The translations under genes and the position numbers were made by a program. DNA of 50,388 bases, taken from positions 1 through 50,388 of IMG/VR virus record IMGVR_UViG_3300044993_000048. One strand, written 5' to 3'. Source of the stretch: a virus. Lineage: Duplodnaviria; Caudoviricetes. Shown in pieces: positions 36,301 through 45,844 of this stretch (position 1 is its first letter; each line of letters starts with the position of its first letter). Below the pieces are notes generated by a model, which made no database searches, had not been told where the DNA came from, and worked only from the letters and a program-made list of their open reading frames with translations.

Positions 36301-39300
36301 GCCACGCTTTGGCCTCTTCCTGAGTCTTAAAGAGGTCAATGAACTTGTCCTGCATCTTGAACACAAGCCAGTTCCACGCGCGGGACAGTGAGCCGGGTTC
36401 GGCAACGTCAAAGTCGTTGGTCCCATTGATCACCGCGTTCTGCGCAGCCTTGGCCCTGCTGTACCACTTCGCAGAGAACAACAGCGGCATGGATTTTTTT
36501 GCTTGCTCTTCCGCTTCAGGAGTGAACTCGATACCGATCAAAATCGCGGCAGACTTATCTTCTTCTGAAATGTTAAGCCCACCCGGATCCTCGTGTTTTT
36601 CTATCTTAAAAAGCATCGGCGTGAGCTTGAGCTTCATCTTCTTGAGATAGTCATTCAGCATTATCGGGATGATCTCGTTGTAGATCACCATTGATCCGTG
36701 ATGCCTATCGATATAATCCGAATTGAATGCCCTCGGCCACCAGACCTCTTCTTTTTCTGCCGGGGGGCTATCGGCATCAAACCCTTCCAAAACTCTTTTG
36801 GCCTCGGCAGCGCCAAGCCAGCCTTTAGCCCTTGATCTGGTAGTGATGATGCCGTTGACATCGCCTCCGGATTCATACCTTCCGCGCCAAATGAGAATGG
36901 GCTCGTCGTTGGCAAATTCCTTGGTCAGCTCACCTTTTTCTTTCCATTCTGCTGACTCAAACAAAGGCCAAAGGACACTGTCAACAACGTACTTGTCACC
37001 TTCCCGAATAATGCCAAACGGCTCTTTGTCTTCGTTAAAAACGATTGAGCCTTTCTTGAGTATTGCCGGTAGTGCGTTTTTGCCATGAACACAAGAGTTA
37101 TTACGAGCTGCCATAAATGCTCGAATCGTTCCTTTCCAACGAACACCGTGAACTTCTCCATTGGAAATAGCGACGCCTCTTAATCCTTTTTCGGCAGCCT
37201 CCCTCAATGCCCATTGGAACGCTGCGATGGGCCACGTCCTTGCAAGCGGCGGTACAACGACTTTTGAAACATCTATTGGAACAGTGTGAAAAATGACGGA
37301 CGTTTGTTCTGTAATTTCCAAACGCTCTTCTTTTACTTCGTTTGTTTTATTAATAAACAGAAGCGGGAATCTCGGCCTGCCATTTTTACCAGCAACATCA
37401 AGTTCCCGCATGTGAGCATCTTTCGCTAGCTTATGAATTTGTTCCGCAGTCGGCTTCATGCTCTCGGGCAAGAAATAAACTACAAAGTCATTTTTATAGA
37501 TATCGCCCTCGATTGACTCACGGAAAACATCAGCAACCGCCCTGATGAAGTTAGCGTCAACCTTGCCATTTGCCGCGTGCCCCGGGACTCTAGAATTGAC
37601 TCCAACACTGGCTAATCCAGAATGTTTCTCAACAATGTCAGCCAGCGCTATCAGTTTTTCGGAAGCGTCAGTGTTCCCATCATTAGCTTCATAGGCTTTG
37701 ATGGCGTTATTGATTTCTCTGGCGACTTCAATGGCTTTTTCAAAGATCTCTCTGGCGCTACGGATCTCAGGAACATCTCTAGTCGCTTCGTTGTTCATGA
37801 TGTATCGGTATTTTCTTACAAACTGATGACTATCATCTTTGCTAGCTAAGTCAATAACGCTGTAAACGTATTCAGGAGAGTCCCAAGCAATCGTGCCAAA
37901 AGATATGTACGGAATATGCCGTCCTTCAAGGACACGACGACGAACACCATGAAACCGCAAAGACGGAGGAAAGAACCAGCTTCCGTACTGGTCTGGCACT
38001 ATTAGCGCCTTCATTTCTCTGTAATCTTGATGCTTCAGTTCAAGATTTTTCAGAAATTCTCTATCAGCTTGCCTGAGGGCTTCTTTCAGCCCATCGAGCG
38101 TTTCGCTTTCTAAGTTAAAAATGATAGAAGCGGCATTAATGTCAGCATCATATGGATGATTGGCGATCAAATCGTTGATAGAGCCTGAAAAAGATGGCGT
38201 ACCAAAATAAGTGAGCAAGTGCTTCCTGTAGATCGGAAACTCTTTCTCCGAAACGAAGCTCTTATCTATAGCGTCGATGATTTCTTCAGACCTTTCTTCG
38301 ACGTAGCTTCTTACGCGATTTAAGATCTTTGTTGCCGCGTTAATAACAATCCTTTTAGCTTCATCTGAGGTACGAGCGCGTGCAAGCTGTTTCTTGACAT
38401 ACTTGTGCCAATCAGACTGAAGCTCATCTAGGATAAGGAACTCCTTGCCGTCTTTACGCTCCGCCACGAAAGCCCGGATGTGAGCGAGGTAGTTCTTGTC
38501 GTCGTAATCCCAGTGCGCCGTTTCTCTGAAATCGGTCACGTAATCGGGCGGGTTCTCCCATACGAGCAGCTTCTCGTAGTAATTGCTCGTATCGCGCCCG
38601 ACAAGCGGCATCGTGTACTCATACCACCTGAAATCACCTTCATCACGTTCGCCGGTTTCTGCGATGTATTCCTCGATTAGCGCTTCTGCATTTGAAAACC
38701 TATTTTTTGCACCAATACTTTCACCTTCTACAAATGCCTCGTACCGACTGTGACCGTCATATTCAATACGGACATCGTAATCAGTGTCGTAATATCTAGC
38801 AGTTCCGTACCAGACTTTGGCTTCGTCATGGTAATATGCGTCGTGCGCCATTGATTCGATATACGAATCGACCCAATCAAGATCGAAGTAATCTGCCACT
38901 TGTGCGGCATAGCCACTCTTAACGTCATCTGCCGTTAAAACTAAATCGCCTGACAATACCCCTTCCCAGTCCTCGTCAGAAACATCGAATGCATCTCGAC
39001 CGATGCTTTCAGCTTCGTCAGCTTCGATGCCTGCTCTTACATGACGTTCCAGCCAATGTTTTGCTTTCTCTTCTCTGAGGTCAGAGTCTTTGCGCCACGT
39101 TTCTTTTGCTATCTCAAGATGATCATCGTAGGAGCGTAATTCTTCTGGACCAGAAAATTCCACCGATACACTGGATTCGCTTTCTTTCCGAGTCGCATCC
39201 GTTACGAACACCTTGGCACGTGTGTCCTCAAGGAATCTGATGATCGCTTGTTTTGGAACACGCCTGACCGGCAGCCCGTGCAGATCGCCAGAAGGGCTGA

Positions 39301-42300
39301 TCATCTGATCCAGTTCGTATCTGAAGTCTGAAACCTCATTCAGCCATCTGCGTTTGTTGCTGAACGTGACTTTTGCTGGATTCTTGCGGTCTGGAAACAT
39401 CTTGTTTACCAGATCTGTCATGACAGCAAGCTCTCTGTCCATGACTGTCTGGTAGTTCTCTTGATTCAGCTCCATCAAAACGTCATACGATTTGATGAAA
39501 TCGCGAGCCATATGAATCTTTTCCAACCACGGATGCAGCTTTGGATCAATCATCCTCGGGGTCAGATCTGCTGCCGGGATGTATTGCACGAGTGAATAGG
39601 TATCAAGATTTCCCAGCCACTCAAACACGCCGGTCCACTTGATCTCATCCATGCGGATCTCGCCCGTGCCAATCGTCTTTCTGCGCTTGTCAGAAAGGTC
39701 GGTGTACGGGATGGACAGCTTGCTCTCGATGATCCGAATCCACTCTCGCGGAGAGGCTTCTTTTTGAACCCTCTCGCTGGAGAGTGCCTCAATCATTGGG
39801 CTGTGCCAGATGGGTACGCCTGACCTCGAATACAGCGGCCGGTCCTTAAGGCCCTCAAGGTACCGCCGCGCGAAGCTGTCACTCCACGGAGACCCCGTGT
39901 ACAGGTTCCAGTGAGAATTGCGGATCAGCTCTGCGATTCGCTTGTCGCTGAAGTGCTTGCGGATGCCAAGGGCATCGAGCGCTTTGTACGCAAGCTCAAC
40001 CAGCCGCTGCCAGATCGAGAAATCCTCCTTCGGCATCGGCTCGCCACGCAGGACGAAGCCCGCCATGTCGGCCATGTACTCTTCCGCTACCAGCCGCTGC
40101 TCTGTGAGCGTCTTAAAAGGGAGCCCCTTCCTGTCGGCCAGTCTGCGAAGCGCAGGATTCCGATCCTTGATCACCCCATCGAGGAACGCATCGAACTCAG
40201 CGGGCGTGGCAGCGAACAGCTCTCGCAAGCCGTAGTGGACCACCAGCTCGTGCATGATCGTGTCGAATGCGTCTGTCTCGGACTCGATGTTTTCTGCGAT
40301 CAGGTAGATCGCCTCTCCATCGAACACGCCTTTGGGATCCTTGACGCCCTGCTCGCGCATCGCCTTGATAATTGGACGCGGCAGCTCGCTATCCGTCTGG
40401 ACCACCTTAATGTTCGGCTGGCGCAGAGAAGCGGTTGACTTCATGACCACGCGTTCCACGTCGCCAACCGACATGCCCTTCCCAGTCCACCTCTGAGGTT
40501 GCAAGGCAGGTTTCGCCTTGCTGAACAGGGGAAGGCCTCCAAGTGCGGCTTCGCGCATCTGGGGCGTGACTTCAAACGCCCATCCGTCACCCAGCTCCGG
40601 TTCCTCTGCCTCTGAGATCTTGACGACAGATGACCCAAACTTCCGGACCAGCTTGTTGACAGACTCGACAAGGACCTTGTCGTAGAACTGAACCATGCCG
40701 CGAGCAGACTTGCTCAGTTCGTCTTTGTCTAGGACGCCCTCATCATATTTGAATATCTTTCTTGCATTAGGTGCCCCAACCACGTCGTCCAATTTCATTC
40801 CGACCGCTTCCGGGAGATGGGGGCTTTTCACGACCCGGCCCCACATGTCGACTCTCATCATGATCGGGTCATTGTTAGGCGATGGACGAGTGATGTAGAC
40901 AGCCTTGATGCCGTCTCCAACATGCTCCCATGAAATGGAATCTACTGCGGTTGCGAGGTTGTATCGCGCTGATTGAACCTCACCGTCAGACCACGCGATG
41001 CGATCAAAGCCGTTTTCTGCGGCGTACATCGCCATGCGCTTGATCACCAGCTCAGGCCAAGTAGCCCGGAACGGCGCTGGCGGGACCATTGAGTTTAATT
41101 TCTCAAACTCTGTGGCAGCCTTTTCTTTTGCGGCCAAAAATCTCTCAATAGCCGCAACATCCTCATCAGACTTAAATGTCCATCGCTGTTTCCAGTTTTT
41201 GCCAGAAATCAAGATCTCGTTTAGCGCACGATCCAATGTATAGAAACCAAGATTGTCGTTTCTAACAATTGCTATCTCCGCAGCAACCTTGGCATCAGCA
41301 AGTTTTGCTCTAGCAGCATTTAGCGCATCCTCGCTATTCTGCTTCCGATACCCGTACTGCCTCCCCTTCTGATGCCAGTCAGATTGAACCTCGTGCAGCA
41401 AAAGCGTGCGAGTGCCATTCTCGTCAATTCGCTCGTCAAAGCGAACGTGGGCCAAAATGTTTGGAGTGTTTTTGTAATGCGGGCTGGCAAATAGAGCCAT
41501 GCGATGCTTCCATTTCAGTACCAGCTCTGTGTATTTCTTACCGCCCGGGCGAGACCATATTCTGTATTTATCTCCCTCCTCAGCCTCAGTGACCACGACT
41601 TGCCTTGCACGAGCAAAATCTACGATCTGCTCTTTCGTGTAGGTTGAGTTCGGGTCAATGTCCGCAGAGATGTCGGTCCAGTCGATCTCCTCCTGCTTCA
41701 CGCCTTTCGTGGTCAGGTTGTTGATGATCCCAAGCCACTGCGCGCCACTGGCGGATTTCTGATTAGACGCTTCAAGCGCACTGACCAGAGCCGACTTGAA
41801 ATTGGCAGAGAACAGGATGTTCTTAGACGTTGGATCAAACGTGCCTCTGTTTCCAAAGGCCGCCTTGACCTGCGTCGGCTCGAACGGAATCCACACCGCA
41901 TGCTTGGACTCCGTCCCAGCGAACTTCCCTCCGGTGTCCTTGATCCCGTCGAATCCCTGACGCTTCAGCTCCTCGGTCACCCAGTCCGGGATGCTGGTCC
42001 ATGCATGCGTCGTGTTCCGCTCCTGATCGACCTTCAGGATCTGCACGAAGTCTTCCGGGTTCATGGCCCGCTTGTGCCACGGATCCCCCATCGCTTTGTA
42101 ACGCTGCCTCGTACGCTTGGAAGCAGCCTCGATCCCGGCAATGATTTCAGGCGTGATCTTCGATGTATCCAGAGGATTCTGGATCGACATGAACACCGGC
42201 ACAACGGCTGGGGCGTCTTTCGCCCCCGGTGGCTCGTAGACCACTCCCTTCATCGGGACGCCAGACAGGCGCAGCACGTCCATGAACAGCTCTTCCGTGC

Positions 42301-45300
42301 CGAAGAGTGTTGACGACAGCCAGACATCGGCGGCCGCTAGGATGCCGTTGCCGTTACTCGCGCGCATCGAGCGCTCGAACGTCTCGCGCGGGATATAACC
42401 GCCTTCAGGATCTTCCGCAATGCGGAATCCTTTTTCCCCCTCTGGCGCGTCAATCTTCCTGAGCCTCAGCATTTTGTCGATGAAGCTCTTCCGCTCCTCC
42501 GGTGTCATCCGGTACCAAAGCCAGCCAACCGGGTAAGGCTTCTGTTTCCCACCGGGGTACACGACGAACCAGTCTTGGAACGGCGGAATCTCCGTAATGG
42601 ATGTATCGTCTTTCTCGGTCGCGTATTTGCTGGCGACCTTGGGATCATCCGTGAAGAACGCCATCGGGCCTGACGTGGCCCGGGACTTGCGGAACTGAGA
42701 ACCGACTCGATCCGGGCGCTTCGTCCCGTGAAATACCATCAGCGGAGCGCCAGTCTCCGGATCGACTACCTTCGAGTCGCCAAACCACTCGCTGAAGAAA
42801 CGAGAACGCTCGATGCTGCCGGGTGGGAAGGTGCGCTTCTGCCGTTTCTTCCCGGCAGGCTCTTCCTTCTGCCTAGACGCTGAGAAATAGATGTTCCGGC
42901 TGCGCTTGTTTGGAGCCTCGTTCGACGTGCTCTTGATTTGCTCCGGGAACCACGCAACCCAATGGACACGGGTACCATCGCCGCCGCCCACTTTCGCGGT
43001 GACGCCGTCGTACCCCAACACGCTTTTTACGGCCTTGAAGAACGAAGCGGGGTCGTCGCTATAGAAGTCGTTCGCGATAGTCTGTAACTGCTTCAGGATG
43101 TTGATCTGCTTTCCAGCATATTCCTTGCTGGCTTCTAGCAAGACCTTCCCAAAGCCCTCGTATTCGACATCGCCCCAATTGCTCAGCGAGTCTTCTAGGT
43201 CAGGAGCATCCTCGATGATGCGACGAACCTGTGAAATGCTCAGGTTGCCAATCTTGTCCGCATCCAGAGGCTTCTTGATCGCAAGGTAGACTTCGTGAAC
43301 CGTGTGGTCGTCAGTGCCTCCCAGCTTTTCTTCTCCGGTACGATTGGTCTTCTCCTGATACCCGCGAGCTTCATTCACGTCCGTTGTGAAGTAGAAGCCC
43401 GGACCAAGCTGATCGTTACCTTTCCCGGTGAACTCGTACTTGAACTCACGGATGTCTGTTCCAGACCCGTGATAGACCGGCAGCGGCTTGCCGTCCTTGT
43501 CTTTGACTTTGGACCCTCTGAAAAACTCCTTGAACATCGGCGTGTTCGTATTTGCGCGCTGTGGCTCCAAGGGTTCATCGCCCTTGTAAACCGCAGAGAA
43601 TCTGACGGTGTCGCGCTTCAGAGGAGCTTTGGTATCGCCGTTCTGCGCCCAATCGCGGAACTCCTCGACCGTCATCTCGGTGACGGCACCCATGCCCTTC
43701 CACCCTTTCGGGTAGTTACTCTGGTAGGCAGCCTTGGCCTGTTCGATGTTGTTGAACCCTATCAGCGCCTTGTGCTCATCGAAGGTTCCATCGCTCTTCA
43801 TCTGGTCAACGACGAACACCTTCTTGGACTCCGGATTCGGCCCGATGTAGACATCAACCTGATCCCCGTCCGCGCCCTCGGTGCGCTTGACGTAGCCGTA
43901 GTCGTAGGGCATTTCGCGCTCCCACGACTGGCCACTTTCATCAGTGCCACGGCGAACCGATCCCTTGGGGTTCTCAATCGCGATGTCCATGCCCGCGATC
44001 TTCACCGTCCCCTTCTGGTAGTTACCGGCCCGCTTCTGTGCTTCTGTGGGCTCGACGTTCACCGTGACCGGCTGTCCGGCCGCCTTCGCCTCCATCGTCT
44101 TCTTCTCGGCCGCTCTGGCGGTCAGCCCGGCAGCCAGCCGCCGCCGACCCTCCGGCAGCAACCTCGGGACGTTCGTCTCGTTGCGGATGACGAGCTTCTG
44201 CTTCTCCAGTCTGGCCACCTGCTCGGGCGTCGCCTTGCCGTCCTGAACCGCTTTGAGATCGTCAATGAGCGCGTCAGGAGCCATGGAGACGGTCTTTGGG
44301 CGGACTTCAGCTTTGGGGGCAGTAGAGGCCGTCTCCATCGCCTCAGGGGTTGGCGGGGCTTGCGGCTTCGGAGCCGGGGCCATTTCTGGCTGGGGAGCCG
44401 GGGCCGTCTCCTCCCTTGGAGGCGGCGGCATCGGCCGCGTGCCAGCCGAAAGTTCCCCCGGAGGAGGCGACGAGGGAGGAGGACCGGAGTCCAGCCGGGA
44501 TGTCCGGGGTAACTCTGGAGCCTCGCCACCATCCTCCGAGGGAGCCCGTCCCAAAGAACCGATGGTCTCGGTGACGGACGCCACGCCAGAGCCCATCACC
44601 GTACCCACCACATTCGCACGAGCCAGCCGGTTGAGCGCTTCCGGCAGAGGGGTGTTCTTTTCCAGCACGCCCGCCTCGATGCCGATGTTGAGCGCTTCGG
44701 TCAGCGTCTCGGACATGCCTTCCAAGAGGCCGGTCGTCGCGATCCTGTACCCAGCGGACTCCACGTACTTGCCAAGGATGTCGCTCATCAGACGCTTGCC
44801 GCGCGCTGATTTGGCCAGCACTTCAAGCACCGGAGTCTCTGGCGCAACCTCTGCCAGACCCACCAGCAACGCATAGGCATCACGCTTGGCAGGGCTTAGG
44901 CCCATGTCCTCGGCGTCCGCATAAGCGGCCGGAGCCGTCGTCAAGAACAGCGTGCCGAGACCCGCTGCGGGGCCGCCTACAACGCGACCCAACACAGAAG
45001 CCACCATTTCCGGAGCGCTGGAGATGGCGTCGAACAGGATGGACTTGCGATCCCATTCCTTCAGGTTCGGCGCAAACGCCTCCATCGTCTGCGAGGCCAA
45101 ACGAGCACGTTCTTTGCCCTTCTCGCGCAGCTCCTTCCCTTCTCGGAGCTGACGAACCGCTTCGACGTAGATCTTGTTTGCCTTGACCGGATCGAACGTG
45201 AGCTTGCTCGGATCGTTCGGATCCTGCTTCGTGAACATCGTCCAGTCGCGCGCAAAGACATCCGGGCGAACCCCGGCGCGCTGGGCGTACTCGATAACAT

Positions 45301-45844
45301 CAGGATGCTCGGTGATGTCGATCCCCTGCTGCTGAGCTTCCTGCACCGCGCGAGGCAGGACGGTCGCCTGCCATAGCCTGAGCTTGCCCTTGCTCTCGCC
45401 AGAGTAGCCGATGCGCTGCTCAAGCCCGGCAACATTCCGCTGCGCACGGCCGACCATTGTGGTCGGCAGCGCGCTGAGGGTTTCCCCGAGGGTCGAGTCG
45501 CGGCCACGGTAGCCCGTCACCGTCACCTCTTGCGCGATGCCGATGCGCGGCCCCTGCGGACCCTTGCGCTCGATGGCGCGATCAGCTTCGTCCATCATTT
45601 GCTGCTGCGGCGTGATGCCTCCAGCAGCCAAAGCACTACCTTCGGCCCAGCGCTTGCCAGCCTCAGTAAGCGCTCCCTTCATCGCTTGAGCCGTCCTCTC
45701 AAAGACGCTCTGCGGCTCAATGGTGGGCTGCGGGGTTCCTACCGCCCGACGTGACAACGGCCCGCGAGGGGCAGGTGGAGGCTCAAGGTAGGAAAACGAC
45801 GGTTTCTTTTCCTGCTCGTCGTCGTAGTACGTGAACGGCATCAA
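33383..45844 (-). CDS. Large polyvalent (probably ejected) protein: InPase, 2x ART-PolyVal, 2x QSDWH domain, HExxxH peptidase, LPD38
   Basis: 4153 aa; GNYQKG..IENPKGS..DGDQVDV..FDEHK; F..SKV.D..G.PL.V(Y/F)HG..FTxD twice; E.QSDWH twice; HELVVHYGL; YLKIPLPYGF. Confidence 0.85.
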   Translation of the reverse strand: MMPFTYYDDEQEKKPSFSYLEPPPAPRGPLSRRAVGTPQPTIEPQSVFERTAQAMKGALTEAGKRWAEGSALAAGGITPQQQMMDEADRAIERKGPQGPRIGIAQEVTVTGYRGRDSTLGETLSALPTTMVGRAQRNVAGLEQRIGYSGESKGKLRLWQATVLPRAVQEAQQQGIDITEHPDVIEYAQRAGVRPDVFARDWTMFTKQDPNDPSKLTFDPVKANKIYVEAVRQLREGKELREKGKERARLASQTMEAFAPNLKEWDRKSILFDAISSAPEMVASVLGRVVGGPAAGLGTLFLTTAPAAYADAEDMGLSPAKRDAYALLVGLAEVAPETPVLEVLAKSARGKRLMSDILGKYVESAGYRIATTGLLEGMSETLTEALNIGIEAGVLEKNTPLPEALNRLARANVVGTVMGSGVASVTETIGSLGRAPSEDGGEAPELPRTSRLDSGPPPSSPPPGELSAGTRPMPPPPREETAPAPQPEMAPAPKPQAPPTPEAMETASTAPKAEVRPKTVSMAPDALIDDLKAVQDGKATPEQVARLEKQKLVIRNETNVPRLLPEGRRRLAAGLTARAAEKKTMEAKAAGQPVTVNVEPTEAQKRAGNYQKGTVKIAGMDIAIENPKGSVRRGTDESGQSWEREMPYDYGYVKRTEGADGDQVDVYIGPNPESKKVFVVDQMKSDGTFDEHKALIGFNNIEQAKAAYQSNYPKGWKGMGAVTEMTVEEFRDWAQNGDTKAPLKRDTVRFSAVYKGDEPLEPQRANTNTPMFKEFFRGSKVKDKDGKPLPVYHGSGTDIREFKYEFTGKGNDQLGPGFYFTTDVNEARGYQEKTNRTGEEKLGGTDDHTVHEVYLAIKKPLDADKIGNLSISQVRRIIEDAPDLEDSLSNWGDVEYEGFGKVLLEASKEYAGKQINILKQLQTIANDFYSDDPASFFKAVKSVLGYDGVTAKVGGGDGTRVHWVAWFPEQIKSTSNEAPNKRSRNIYFSASRQKEEPAGKKRQKRTFPPGSIERSRFFSEWFGDSKVVDPETGAPLMVFHGTKRPDRVGSQFRKSRATSGPMAFFTDDPKVASKYATEKDDTSITEIPPFQDWFVVYPGGKQKPYPVGWLWYRMTPEERKSFIDKMLRLRKIDAPEGEKGFRIAEDPEGGYIPRETFERSMRASNGNGILAAADVWLSSTLFGTEELFMDVLRLSGVPMKGVVYEPPGAKDAPAVVPVFMSIQNPLDTSKITPEIIAGIEAASKRTRQRYKAMGDPWHKRAMNPEDFVQILKVDQERNTTHAWTSIPDWVTEELKRQGFDGIKDTGGKFAGTESKHAVWIPFEPTQVKAAFGNRGTFDPTSKNILFSANFKSALVSALEASNQKSASGAQWLGIINNLTTKGVKQEEIDWTDISADIDPNSTYTKEQIVDFARARQVVVTEAEEGDKYRIWSRPGGKKYTELVLKWKHRMALFASPHYKNTPNILAHVRFDERIDENGTRTLLLHEVQSDWHQKGRQYGYRKQNSEDALNAARAKLADAKVAAEIAIVRNDNLGFYTLDRALNEILISGKNWKQRWTFKSDEDVAAIERFLAAKEKAATEFEKLNSMVPPAPFRATWPELVIKRMAMYAAENGFDRIAWSDGEVQSARYNLATAVDSISWEHVGDGIKAVYITRPSPNNDPIMMRVDMWGRVVKSPHLPEAVGMKLDDVVGAPNARKIFKYDEGVLDKDELSKSARGMVQFYDKVLVESVNKLVRKFGSSVVKISEAEEPELGDGWAFEVTPQMREAALGGLPLFSKAKPALQPQRWTGKGMSVGDVERVVMKSTASLRQPNIKVVQTDSELPRPIIKAMREQGVKDPKGVFDGEAIYLIAENIESETDAFDTIMHELVVHYGLRELFAATPAEFDAFLDGVIKDRNPALRRLADRKGLPFKTLTEQRLVAEEYMADMAGFVLRGEPMPKEDFSIWQRLVELAYKALDALGIRKHFSDKRIAELIRNSHWNLYTGSPWSDSFARRYLEGLKDRPLYSRSGVPIWHSPMIEALSSERVQKEASPREWIRIIESKLSIPYTDLSDKRRKTIGTGEIRMDEIKWTGVFEWLGNLDTYSLVQYIPAADLTPRMIDPKLHPWLEKIHMARDFIKSYDVLMELNQENYQTVMDRELAVMTDLVNKMFPDRKNPAKVTFSNKRRWLNEVSDFRYELDQMISPSGDLHGLPVRRVPKQAIIRFLEDTRAKVFVTDATRKESESSVSVEFSGPEELRSYDDHLEIAKETWRKDSDLREEKAKHWLERHVRAGIEADEAESIGRDAFDVSDEDWEGVLSGDLVLTADDVKSGYAAQVADYFDLDWVDSYIESMAHDAYYHDEAKVWYGTARYYDTDYDVRIEYDGHSRYEAFVEGESIGAKNRFSNAEALIEEYIAETGERDEGDFRWYEYTMPLVGRDTSNYYEKLLVWENPPDYVTDFRETAHWDYDDKNYLAHIRAFVAERKDGKEFLILDELQSDWHKYVKKQLARARTSDEAKRIVINAATKILNRVRSYVEERSEEIIDAIDKSFVSEKEFPIYRKHLLTYFGTPSFSGSINDLIANHPYDADINAASIIFNLESETLDGLKEALRQADREFLKNLELKHQDYREMKALIVPDQYGSWFFPPSLRFHGVRRRVLEGRHIPYISFGTIAWDSPEYVYSVIDLASKDDSHQFVRKYRYIMNNEATRDVPEIRSAREIFEKAIEVAREINNAIKAYEANDGNTDASEKLIALADIVEKHSGLASVGVNSRVPGHAANGKVDANFIRAVADVFRESIEGDIYKNDFVVYFLPESMKPTAEQIHKLAKDAHMRELDVAGKNGRPRFPLLFINKTNEVKEERLEITEQTSVIFHTVPIDVSKVVVPPLARTWPIAAFQWALREAAEKGLRGVAISNGEVHGVRWKGTIRAFMAARNNSCVHGKNALPAILKKGSIVFNEDKEPFGIIREGDKYVVDSVLWPLFESAEWKEKGELTKEFANDEPILIWRGRYESGGDVNGIITTRSRAKGWLGAAEAKRVLEGFDADSPPAEKEEVWWPRAFNSDYIDRHHGSMVIYNEIIPIMLNDYLKKMKLKLTPMLFKIEKHEDPGGLNISEEDKSAAILIGIEFTPEAEEQAKKSMPLLFSAKWYSRAKAAQNAVINGTNDFDVAEPGSLSRAWNWLVFKMQDKFIDLFKTQEEAKAWHQMTQLPDDWDAYLQQTLYHGRVENKVAEYEKQFVEPLVKAIKASGYEWEDVEDFLYARHAPEANAHLLKINDGDPTYNSGMSDADAMAVMAKLSSMGDIKKLHEIGRMVDQMTKWTRDQMVMNGLEDASTIEEWEKTYQFYVPLKGWRDMANDPDVSAFLNLPSKGMGYDTGAKLTKARTGRTSLAANILANVVAQAHATIILSEKAKVGRAFYEFVKNTPSTRLWSVDEVEYMRYVDKTTGLVRKGINPQYKLADNVIRVRKDGKIYHITLSDTNPEMRRLAAALKNLSPDQVGPILGFMHGVNRVLSSLNTSLNPEFTVTNALRDLQTALVNLNEQDIEGIKTSIIRDWRSAWWGIRRGERGKNAEWAQEWQRFKRAGGKVGWIDQYKSPVDLESKLRRMMGPDNVISWTAEGIRAVGEFIETENLAIENAIRLSTFVNLTRKGVSEQRAAEYAKNLTVNFNRKGEAGTFLNSLYLFYNAAIQGTARLFAAAKNPKARKVMIGMVALGIGMDILNRMLGGEDDDKENLYDKISSVDKERNIIIMLPPEQRFTLKSGEKISYLKIPLPYGFNVIYNSGTALGKLVDHAFIGNVRRYSAQEEAALMAGSFIGAFSPIGDYSTLSQFLLPTMADPFVQISENRAWHGGRLMPEDYPGQPPSPDSQKFYRSVPLAYREVAAWLNEKTGGTDITPGAIDVSPATIQHWVGFATGGLGRFLESAINVPATLALAPEELEAKEIAFMRKVVGGIGDRETQETFYQHLTQIDRAKKEIDAVYELGIQTEEGQKRLQYVSRKYPVAVTMIREVYPNFATGRSDEERGRSRTLKQLKESIAVPKPSNAEPQPTRGKRRSLTTELREARREIRRLEARPDMPAKERKERIAAEKEKIRKIMIEFNRRWNEVEDSMMGERNSRNLIGTLGPIIYGKSRAQMARSLRENGFGSTAELLASLPPLPDKYAREFFMQEAAREES

